From the NCBI GenBank assembly GCA_949295105.1, contig CASFJW010000048.1, forward strand, positions 4,174-68,173: a DNA stretch of 64,000 nt. The letters run 5' to 3'. The position numbers and the translations under genes were made by a program. The notes below the pieces were generated by a model, which was not told the DNA's origin, ran no database searches, and saw only the letters and a program-made list of their open reading frames with translations. Of the stretch, positions 21,701 to 28,327 are shown piece by piece. The stretch is from an uncultured Lentisphaeria bacterium. Lineage in GTDB: Bacteria > Verrucomicrobiota > Lentisphaeria > Victivallales > Victivallaceae. Within the stretch, counting starts at the first letter, position 1. Each line of letters opens with the position of its first letter.

Positions 21701-21878
21701 ATTGATTCCGCTGGCCCTCGGCTGGGGCGACGGCGGCGAAACCCAGGCGCCGCTGGCCCGGGCGGTGATCGGCGGGTTGACGAGCTCCACCCTGATCACG
21801 CTGTTCTTCATTCCCGCGTTATACTCGCTGGTCGAAGCTTTGCGCGAACGGATCATTGAAAAAAGGCGTAAAGCGTGA
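18780..21878 (+). CDS. Efflux RND transporter permease (AcrB/AcrD/AcrF-CzcA superfamily)
   Basis: 1032 aa with N-terminus MNIAEFSVRRPIF. It has 12 predicted TM helices in a 1+6/1+5 arrangement with two large periplasmic loops. Confidence 0.9.
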   Translation: MNIAEFSVRRPIFISMVCCIVIVLGGIALRYLPVDLFPEIDFPAVSITTTYDDASPEEVEELISRPIERAISAVTGIEEISSNSAEETSSVTVKFTWGTNLEEAVSDIRDRIDRVIKSLPDDVERPTLRRFDSSAMPIMRLGVSTSMDLLEANKLLEDQVQYRLERIEGVASANITGGLTREIQVLLDVDKAKLLNIPLNTLLEKLRAANVTTPAGNLKSGTKEIRMRTLGTFETLDDIRNLFVTIGPDGSHILLKDIAEVIDTHTDVTRHVRINGKPGIYIQIYKQSGANTVAVATAVSEELEKINEEMSHEFNIVAVSDSSEYIRRSIDNVADTAVTGGLLAVIVLFMFLCNIRSTLIIALSIPLSVIATFVLVYFCGYTINIMTLGGLALGVGMLVDNSIVVLENIVRLHDEGMERKEAAIQGTSEVTGALVASTLTTVAVFLPLVFTQGMAGVMFRQLAVVIAFSLLCSLVSALSLVPMLAGLLLSKSLHSGSSDSWSARLGGIFLRAFDALSDYYAEMLDLVLRHRLMTIMISLLLLAASLLLTPMIGTELMPSSDEGQLRIELEDAVGTGADFVNETVMITEPIIRREVPGLISWTSSAGASSWRSDGGHKADYNLKLTPRSQREESSEAIAARLGKILNQLPGTVFRVRSRQSFFGGSSGGESLTIDVRGFDFQTSEELAKQISEIVAGVHGVTDVRLSRDLGMPETRVIIDRQKAGIMKISVETIADTLRTVLAGSEAGNFREDGDEYEILVKVRDADQLNAERILDMTARNDDGESIALRNLVTMEQVLGPVAIERKNQQRVLTVSANLFERDLGSAVAEVREKLKALEPLPAEFSIAFTGNYEDQQETFEELGMAFALALILVYMVMACQFESLIDPLIVMFSVPLSAIGVLIALFTTYTTFNMQSFIGCVMLAGIVVNNAILLVDTANLLRRRDGMKLSVAIRETGRRRLRPILMTTLTTVLGLIPLALGWGDGGETQAPLARAVIGGLTSSTLITLFFIPALYSLVEALRERIIEKRRKA

Positions 21879-22004
21879 TATTTTATGCCGTGAAAAAGCG
21901 GCGGTGATATCCTCCGAATCCCCTCTTCTGCCGGGAGGGGGGCAGGCGATGTCGACGCACCGGAAACAGATATCTCCTGTCTTTGCGGTCATCCGACGTC
22001 TGGC

Positions 22005-22119
22005 GCGGAAAACCAGCGCCTGCCGGGTCACGATCCGGGGGGGGTGGAACCGAAAGAACCAGCCTCTGCGGTTGATTGGTTTCCTGCGGAAAACCAGCGC
22101 CTGCCGGGTCACGATCCGG
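22005..22119. repeat. Perfect 34-bp direct repeat (22005-22038 and 22086-22119, 81-bp period) in the RND/mreC intergenic region
   Basis: GCGGAAAACCAGCGCCTGCCGGGTCACGATCCGG occurs twice. Confidence 0.9.
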
Positions 22120-22287
22120 AGGCGGGGAATGAGATCGAAATCAATCTGTCTCCGCGGTCCGTCGGCGCCTGGAAGCGGCGGCAGGTAAATCAATGCGAAA
22201 TACCGCCGCACGCAGGGGAAAACCGTCCGGCAGAAGCGTATCCCTGCGTGGTTGACAGCCGCTCGGTACGCGGGGAGAAATCGGAAA

Positions 22288-23154
22288 ATGAACAATTTTA
22301 ATGCCGACTGGAACCGGCGTCTGATCCGGATAGGGGTGGCAGCCCTGTTGATTTTGCTGCTTTTTTCCGGTTATCAGGTATTGCGCAGCGGAGCCGGAAG
22401 GCTTTTCGGTGACTTTTTCTATCCTTATCTGGAGATCTCGCGGCTGGGCAGCCGGGGAATTGCCGATCAATCACTGTTGGCGCTCAGTCACTCTGCTCTT
22501 GCGTCCAGATGTGAAACCCTCCAGGAGCAAAACCGCATTCTCGCGCTTCAGGCCGCCGCCGCGACGGAACTGCTCGAAGAAAATGATGAACTGCGCCGCC
22601 TCGGCGGCCTGCGTCCGCCGGCACAATGGAACTACATCGGCGCCGAGATCATTCTTCGCGATCCGCTTGACTGGCAGGAACGTTTCACCATCAACCGCGG
22701 TGAAGCCGATGCTCTGGTTCCCGGTGCAGCCGCGCTGACGGTTTCTCCGGACGGGCGGCCGCTGCTGGTGGGAGTGGTGGAACGGGTCGGCAAGCGCAGC
22801 AGTACGGTTATTACCCTTTTCAACCCGGCCCTCCGGGTATCCGGCAGCATCAGTTCGTCCGGCGGAGCGGTCGGCTTTCTCAACTGCGGAGAGCGAACCG
22901 GGCGTGGCCGGGTTCCGCTCGGCTTTCTCCCTGCCCATCTCCATTACACCCCCGGAGCGGCAATTCTGAGTACCGGATTCGAAGCGAACATCCCCGGAGG
23001 AATCCTGCTGGGTTTTCTCGATTCGGTGGAGGAGACGGATCCGGTCTATTCCAACGTCACGGTACTTTCCGGATTGATGACTCCGGCGACGGATTTCAAT
23101 TCGCTGCGTTTTCTGGTCGTATGCCGGAGAAACGAGGAGATTGAACGGCCATGA
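22288..23154 (+). CDS. mreC: Rod shape-determining protein MreC
   Basis: TM anchor, a coiled coil (LQEQNRILALQAAAATELLEENDELRRLGGL) and beta-barrel repeats, upstream of mreD-mrdA. The ATG at 22288 was chosen over 22252. Confidence 0.8.
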   Translation: MNNFNADWNRRLIRIGVAALLILLLFSGYQVLRSGAGRLFGDFFYPYLEISRLGSRGIADQSLLALSHSALASRCETLQEQNRILALQAAAATELLEENDELRRLGGLRPPAQWNYIGAEIILRDPLDWQERFTINRGEADALVPGAAALTVSPDGRPLLVGVVERVGKRSSTVITLFNPALRVSGSISSSGGAVGFLNCGERTGRGRVPLGFLPAHLHYTPGAAILSTGFEANIPGGILLGFLDSVEETDPVYSNVTVLSGLMTPATDFNSLRFLVVCRRNEEIERP

Positions 23155-23723
23155 TGAATATATTTTTTCTCATTGTCGCGGTCACTGCACTGTTGCTGAG
23201 CGAGTTCATTCTCGGCAATCTCGGCTTGTCATTTCATCTGCCGGTATATCTCTTCGGTTTCCTCCACGTGGTTTACGGATTTCCTGCCGCCGCCGCTACC
23301 GCGGCAATCACCGGAGTCGTCATCGACTGGACTTACGGCAGAGGCGTCTGTCTGTCCGCACCGCTGCTGCTGGTCGTGCTGGCAGTGGAAGCCCGGCTCT
23401 TCTCCCACCTCAAACGCGAAAACTACTATCCGGCGGCGCTGCCGGGCGCGGCAGCCGGACTGACCGCGGCGATCGGTGATGTGGTGCTGCTGACGGCCTA
23501 TGAAACTGCGCCCCCCTGCAATGTCTTCTGGCTGTTGCTGTTTTCCACCGCGTTTGGAGCGGTGATGATGGTGGGATTTCTGGCGTTTTTCGACCTTGTT
23601 TCCGGAGTGCTGGGAATGAAAACCTACCGGGAGGCGGTGCGATCACGCCTCGACGAAGATACGCCTCGACGCCGGATCCGACGGGTGCGGGAACGAATGA
23701 CCAGACCCGGGAGAAGTTCATGA
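23151..23723 (+). CDS. mreD: Rod shape-determining protein MreD-like membrane protein
   Basis: 190-aa polytopic membrane ORF lying between mreC and mrdA with 4-nt overlaps on both sides. The call rests on position; sequence conservation in this family is weak. Confidence 0.55.
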   Translation: MMNIFFLIVAVTALLLSEFILGNLGLSFHLPVYLFGFLHVVYGFPAAAATAAITGVVIDWTYGRGVCLSAPLLLVVLAVEARLFSHLKRENYYPAALPGAAAGLTAAIGDVVLLTAYETAPPCNVFWLLLFSTAFGAVMMVGFLAFFDLVSGVLGMKTYREAVRSRLDEDTPRRRIRRVRERMTRPGRSS

Positions 23724-25600
23724 ACCGCCGCCATCGGGTATCGCGCTCCCACTCCGAAAATGAACCCGGTACCGACGAACGTATTCGGATTGTCATCGTC
23801 GGCATCATCATGCTGGCCGGCCTGCTGCTGATCGGAGCCCGCCTTTACAACGAACAAATCCGTTCCGGCGAAGAACACCGCAAGAAGATCTCCAACCAGT
23901 CGGTCCGGCGGATCCGCATCCCGGCGCGGCGCGGCAAAATCTATTCGGCGGACATGCGGCCGCTTGCCGACAACCAGCCGGAACTCTCGCTACTCTTTTA
24001 TCCGGAGGAGATGCGCATGACCAACCGCTCTTCTTCGGTGGAATACATCCTCGGCGCCGCCGGACGTCTGGCCGTGGCAATCGGCCGGGAAAACCCGCTG
24101 GATAAACTCTCGGTGCTGCGCCACCTCAATACTCGCCCCGGTCTGCCGATCACGGTGTTCGAACGCCTGACCCCCCGGGAGACCGCCCTGGCGCTCGAAT
24201 GTGCCCGCGAACTCCGCGGCGTCGCCATTCAACCGGATGAATCCCGCCGCTATCCGGAAGGCAGACTGGCCGCTCATATCATCGGTTACGTACGACTGGA
24301 CGACACTTCCCGCGCTCCCGATCACAAGGATTTCTTTTACTACCTGCCCGACCTGGTCGGACGCAGCGGAATCGAACGTGCTTTTGACCGGCTGCCGGGA
24401 AGCGATCGTGACGAAGACGACGATACTCCGCCCGGCCTGCGCGGTTACCCCGGCTATACGCTCGCCCAGGTGGATTATCTCGGCTTCGTCCACAAGAATC
24501 TGATTGAAAAGATTGAGCCCATTCACGGCAACAACGTGATTCTGACCCTGGACAGCCGCGCCCAGCAAATCGCCGAAAACCTGCTCGCCGGCAAACGCGG
24601 CGCCATGGTGGTGGTCGACGCCGACAACGGCGATGTGCTTGCGGCCGCCAGCGCGCCGGCCTACGATCTGACCAACTTCTCACCGATTCTGCCGCGTGAT
24701 TATTACCGTTCGCTGCTCGAAGACAAGCGGCTGCCGCTGCTCAACCGGGCGCTGCTCGGCACATTCACGCCGGGTTCGATTATCAAACCGCTGAATGAAC
24801 TGGCTTTTTTCGATGCCGGCATCGATCCCGAGGAAACCACCATCTGCGATGGCGCAACTACCGTCGGCAATGCCGCGATCCGTTGTGCCTCCTATCTTCG
24901 CGGCGGCCACGGTGAAGTCAACATGGTCGATGCGCTGGCCTGGTCATGCAACGACTATATGATTGAACACGCGCTGGCCATCGGTCCGGAACCACTGCGC
25001 CGGGTACTCAAATCAGCCGGAATAGGCACGCCGACCGGAATTGAACTTGCCGAGGCCGGCGGCACCTTTCCCTCCGACGCCGCCAAACGAAAATCTGCCG
25101 GCACCGGCTGGAACCGTTACGACACCGCGCTGCTCTCCATCGGTCAGGGTACCATTACCGTTACGCCGTTGCAGGCGGCACTCTTTACCGCTGCGCTGGC
25201 CAACGGCGGGACGTTGTGGAAACCCCACCTTGTCGCCAAGGTGGTTGATCCCTACGGCAATCTGGTTTACCGCCGAGTTGTGGAGAAACGCAACCGTCTG
25301 GCCGCTTCGGATGAGGCGCTGGCCCGGGTTCGTCAGGGAATGCTGGAGGTAGTCGAACGTAACAACGGTTCGGGACGGCGGGCGCGGACCGAAGGTCTCG
25401 AAATCCGCGGCAAAACCGGTTCCGCCGAACGCGGCAGCCGGGAAAACCGCACCAAAGATGTCTGGTTCATCGCCTATACCACCTGGCGGGAACGTACTCT
25501 GGCACTGGCGGTGGTGATTCAGGAAGGAGACAGCGGCGCCACCGACTGCGCACCGCTGGCCTCACAATTTTTCCGCCGTTACCTGCTGGAGGAGGAGTAA
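23720..25600 (+). CDS. mrdA: Penicillin-binding protein 2 (elongasome transpeptidase)
   Basis: TM anchor, SxxK (TPGSIIKP), SxN (WSCND) and KTG (RGKTGSAE). 626 aa. Confidence 0.9.
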   Translation: MNRRHRVSRSHSENEPGTDERIRIVIVGIIMLAGLLLIGARLYNEQIRSGEEHRKKISNQSVRRIRIPARRGKIYSADMRPLADNQPELSLLFYPEEMRMTNRSSSVEYILGAAGRLAVAIGRENPLDKLSVLRHLNTRPGLPITVFERLTPRETALALECARELRGVAIQPDESRRYPEGRLAAHIIGYVRLDDTSRAPDHKDFFYYLPDLVGRSGIERAFDRLPGSDRDEDDDTPPGLRGYPGYTLAQVDYLGFVHKNLIEKIEPIHGNNVILTLDSRAQQIAENLLAGKRGAMVVVDADNGDVLAAASAPAYDLTNFSPILPRDYYRSLLEDKRLPLLNRALLGTFTPGSIIKPLNELAFFDAGIDPEETTICDGATTVGNAAIRCASYLRGGHGEVNMVDALAWSCNDYMIEHALAIGPEPLRRVLKSAGIGTPTGIELAEAGGTFPSDAAKRKSAGTGWNRYDTALLSIGQGTITVTPLQAALFTAALANGGTLWKPHLVAKVVDPYGNLVYRRVVEKRNRLAASDEALARVRQGMLEVVERNNGSGRRARTEGLEIRGKTGSAERGSRENRTKDVWFIAYTTWRERTLALAVVIQEGDSGATDCAPLASQFFRRYLLEEE

Positions 25601-26259
25601 CCGGTCCCGCCGTCGAGCAGCGGCGAAACAATTTCGGAAATTTTCTCCACCACCGCAGTCACCGGCATGCCGGTAGTGTCGATAATAAGCGCATCCGCAG
25701 CCGGACGCAGTGGAGCAACCGCCCGGGTCGAGTCCTGGTGATCGCGTTCGGCAATCTCCGCCATAACGCTTGCCAGCGTCGCCCCGGCAACGGTTTCCCC
25801 CTGTTGAGCCAGGCGACGACGCGCCCGTTCCTCAACCGAGGCGGTGATGAAAAATTTTGCCCGGGCCTCCGGAAAGACCACCGTCCCGATATCACGCCCT
25901 TCCATCACAATCCAGCGTCGCGCCGCCGCGTTGCGCTGGACCGGCATCAGAAAATCACGCACGGCGCTCTGCCGGGAAATCAGACTGGCGGCGGCGGCAC
26001 ATTCCGGACGCCGGAGTTCCGGACCGAGCTCCCTGCCGTTGACCATAACGGCATCGGTCAGTGGTTCAACCGTCAACCCGGCAAGAAAATCGATCGACAA
26101 CGGTTCGAGTTTCTCCCCGGCGCACAACGCCGTCCACGCCAGCGCCCGGTAAAGATTGCCGGTGTTGACATAAAGCAGATTGAGTTTCTCCGCGAGCAGA
26201 CGCGCCACGGTGCTCTTACCGGCGCCGGCCGGTCCGTCGATTGCTACCACATTATCCAT
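25579..26259 (-). CDS. cmk: Cytidylate kinase
   Basis: MDNVVAIDGPAGAGKSTVARLLAEKLNLLYVNTGNLYRA. The start at 26259 is preferred to the ORF start at 26343. The 3' end overlaps mrdA convergently by 22 nt. Confidence 0.9.
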   Translation of the reverse strand: MDNVVAIDGPAGAGKSTVARLLAEKLNLLYVNTGNLYRALAWTALCAGEKLEPLSIDFLAGLTVEPLTDAVMVNGRELGPELRRPECAAAASLISRQSAVRDFLMPVQRNAAARRWIVMEGRDIGTVVFPEARAKFFITASVEERARRRLAQQGETVAGATLASVMAEIAERDHQDSTRAVAPLRPAADALIIDTTGMPVTAVVEKISEIVSPLLDGGTGYSSSSR

Positions 26260-26562
26260 TCTGATTTCCCCGCATACACCGGACGATCTCCGGAATCGCC
26301 GATATTTTGCGGCTAAAATAGTCCCGGTTGCGCTCTTTTTCAAGGTTTGGCGTTCGATTTTCCTCCACCATTTTCCCTTCCCGTCCGGAAAAACCGCAGC
26401 CTATCCACAATAGGTATATTTTTCGCAGCCATGGTGAAAATTCCGAACCATCAGCGGGCAACGTCCGTTTCGATTCCGAACGGTTGTAACTATATTTCCG
26501 CCAACTTGTTCAATTGTGGCACCCCTTTCTGACCTCCCGCTTCCGGGCGGGATGAGGCGATC

Positions 26563-26591
26563 TTGAAAAATACTTTTAAAAGTGTTATATT
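26563..26591 (+). promoter_or_regulatory. Sigma70-like promoter TTGAAA-N17-TATATT with a 12-bp perfect palindrome (ACTTTTAAAAGT, 26572-26583) in the spacer; candidate MarR operator
   Basis: Motifs read directly. The promoter lies about 45 nt upstream of the MarR start at 26636. Confidence 0.45.
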
Positions 26592-26635
26592 ATTGAAATT
26601 AACATATTCAGACTATACTAATTTAAATAAAGGTC

Positions 26636-27127
26636 ATGACAATGGGAGAACTGGACGGGAGTTCCTGGAGTTTCTGCCAGAACCTGTTCGAAACCGTGGA
26701 CGATATCAGAGAACTCGCCCTGTACACTCGAAGCGGTGACGAGATCCGTACTCTGATGATGCTCACCCTCAATCAGGAACGTATGGTAAGAACCATCGTC
26801 CGGATGACCCGTGACAATCCCGAAGGCATTGCGCTCAAAGATCTGGCCGACCGGCTTTCCCTGTCGTCCAGCGCCGTCTCGGTGATGGTTGAAAATCTCG
26901 TCCACAAGGGCGTTCTTGAACGGCTGACCAGTCCTCGCGACCGACGGATGGTGCTGATCCGGCTCGGAGAACCGGGACGCGCTTTCATGTGCGAATGGAA
27001 AAACTACCTATCCGAAATTGCCGGGCAATTTCTGGAAAAAGAGAGTGAGGCAAACCGGCGGAACTTCTTTGAAATGCTGGATCGCTTCCACGATTACATC
27101 AAGACGATGAAAGGATTTTCTAAATGA
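26636..27127 (+). CDS. MarR-family transcriptional regulator
   Basis: Winged HTH: LTLNQERMVRTIVRMTRDNPEGIALKDLADRLSLSSSAVSVMVENLVHKGVLERLTSPRDRRMVLIRL. Confidence 0.85.
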   Translation: MTMGELDGSSWSFCQNLFETVDDIRELALYTRSGDEIRTLMMLTLNQERMVRTIVRMTRDNPEGIALKDLADRLSLSSSAVSVMVENLVHKGVLERLTSPRDRRMVLIRLGEPGRAFMCEWKNYLSEIAGQFLEKESEANRRNFFEMLDRFHDYIKTMKGFSK

Positions 27128-27255
27128 AACACCTCTTTGCCATCGCGGTCTCCGCCTTGGCTTTGCTGGGAGCTTTTGCCGCTGATAAAGACGATTCCGC
27201 CGCCAGTGAACCGCAGCGCAAACAGCCGCCGCCGAAATCAGAAGACGGGAAATAA
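27124..27255 (+). CDS. Small ORF (43 aa) encoding a signal-peptide-bearing peptide, absent from the >=60-aa ORF track
   Basis: ATGA overlap with the MarR stop. Translation is MKHLFAIAVSALALLGAFAADKDDSAASEPQRKQPPPKSEDGK, a hydrophobic h-region with an A-F-A cleavage-like site and a charged tail. The next gene starts 4 nt after its stop. Confidence 0.4.
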   Translation: MKHLFAIAVSALALLGAFAADKDDSAASEPQRKQPPPKSEDGK

Positions 27256-27258
27256 GCA

Positions 27259-28002
27259 GTGAACCTTTTCCGGAAATCCGCAGTGGTATTGACAGCGCTC
27301 TCCCTGTTCGCCGCCGGTGCGGCTGAGACGGAGGCGACCGTCGATGAACTGCGTCGCGAAAATGAGGCCCTGAAAAAGCGTAACGCGCAATTGGGTGCGG
27401 AACTGGAAAAGCTCCGCACTCAGCTTGCGGAGAGCGAGGCCCGGCGTCGCAACTCTCAACTCTGGCTCGGCGAAATCATCGACAGCGGCGAAAACATCCC
27501 CTCGATCCGCCGGGAGGAGTCGCTGCTCATCTCCCTGGACGAGACGGTCAGGCGCGGAACTGCGCTGGCCCTCACGGCGTTCTCACTCTGCGACGATATC
27601 GAGAACCTGCTCCGGCAATTTCCAATTGCCGACAGCCGTCGGGTGCAGATGATGCTGCGCGTGGATGAAACCAGACGTGATATCCGCAACTTCACCGCGC
27701 TGACGACAACCGCGGAAGATTCCGAAACGGATGCGCTGCGCACCTGCCGGATCTTGGCAATCAACCCCGGATTGAAGATCGTCGTGCTCTCCGTCGGGAC
27801 GCTGCAGGGCGCCTTTGTCGGGTTGATTTACAACGCCGGGAATGTCCGGCTGCGCCTGATCAGTGTACGTTCGCACGTCGCCGCGGCCGAGGTGATTGAA
27901 GGGGATTTCAATTCGCTGATTCCGGGAATGTCCGCCACATCAGTCTCTTCCGGCGGCGGCGCCTCGCCGTTTCTGATACGTCAGGATTCCCAGCCGGAAT
28001 AA
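27259..28002 (+). CDS. Secreted coiled-coil hypothetical protein
   Basis: GTG start, a signal peptide (MNLFRKSAVVLTALSLFAAGAAE), a heptad-rich segment (VDELRRENEALKKRNAQLGAELEKLRTQLAESEARR) and a beta-rich C-terminus. Confidence 0.6.
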   Translation: MNLFRKSAVVLTALSLFAAGAAETEATVDELRRENEALKKRNAQLGAELEKLRTQLAESEARRRNSQLWLGEIIDSGENIPSIRREESLLISLDETVRRGTALALTAFSLCDDIENLLRQFPIADSRRVQMMLRVDETRRDIRNFTALTTTAEDSETDALRTCRILAINPGLKIVVLSVGTLQGAFVGLIYNAGNVRLRLISVRSHVAAAEVIEGDFNSLIPGMSATSVSSGGGASPFLIRQDSQPE

Positions 28003-28034
28003 CTTCATAAGCCTCCCTGCCGACGATTTCCGAT

Positions 28035-28082
28035 CGTGGTTCGCAAGCCCCCGTCATCTCATCGGGAACCACGGCGTTTTTT
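28035..28082 (+). terminator. Terminator-like interrupted hairpin after the coiled-coil gene
   Basis: CGTGGTT...AACCACG outer stem and CCCG/CGGG inner stem, followed by GCGTTTTTT. Confidence 0.4.
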
Positions 28083-28264
28083 CGTCCGGAGCCGTTCAAT
28101 GCAACATATCCAGCTGTCCAATTGTTGCTGCAATTCACCCGTTTCATGCCATACGCCGGATGATCCGCCGCTTTCGCCCGGCCCCCCCCGACGCAGGAAA
28201 GAACCACCCATTGTGCCGAATGCAAAAAGGAACTCATTTCAGACAGGCACGGCTTCCCGGCAAC

Positions 28265-28301
28265 AAAAAAACCGATTATGCGATAATTCGCATAACCGGT
28301 T
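28265..28301 (-). terminator. Rho-independent terminator of the three-paralogue operon (minus strand)
   Basis: On the minus strand: AACCGGTTATGCG-AATTAT-CGCATAATCGGTT (12 Watson-Crick pairs plus 1 G-U) followed by T7. Confidence 0.7.
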
Positions 28302-28327
28302 TTCATCTGGAACCGCGACAACCTGAT

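Noticed and set aside
25579-25600. 22-nt convergent overlap between the 3' ends of mrdA and cmk
   Set aside because: The overlap is small and involves poorly conserved C-terminal tails of both proteins. It is compatible with compact gene packing, and I see no regulatory implication.
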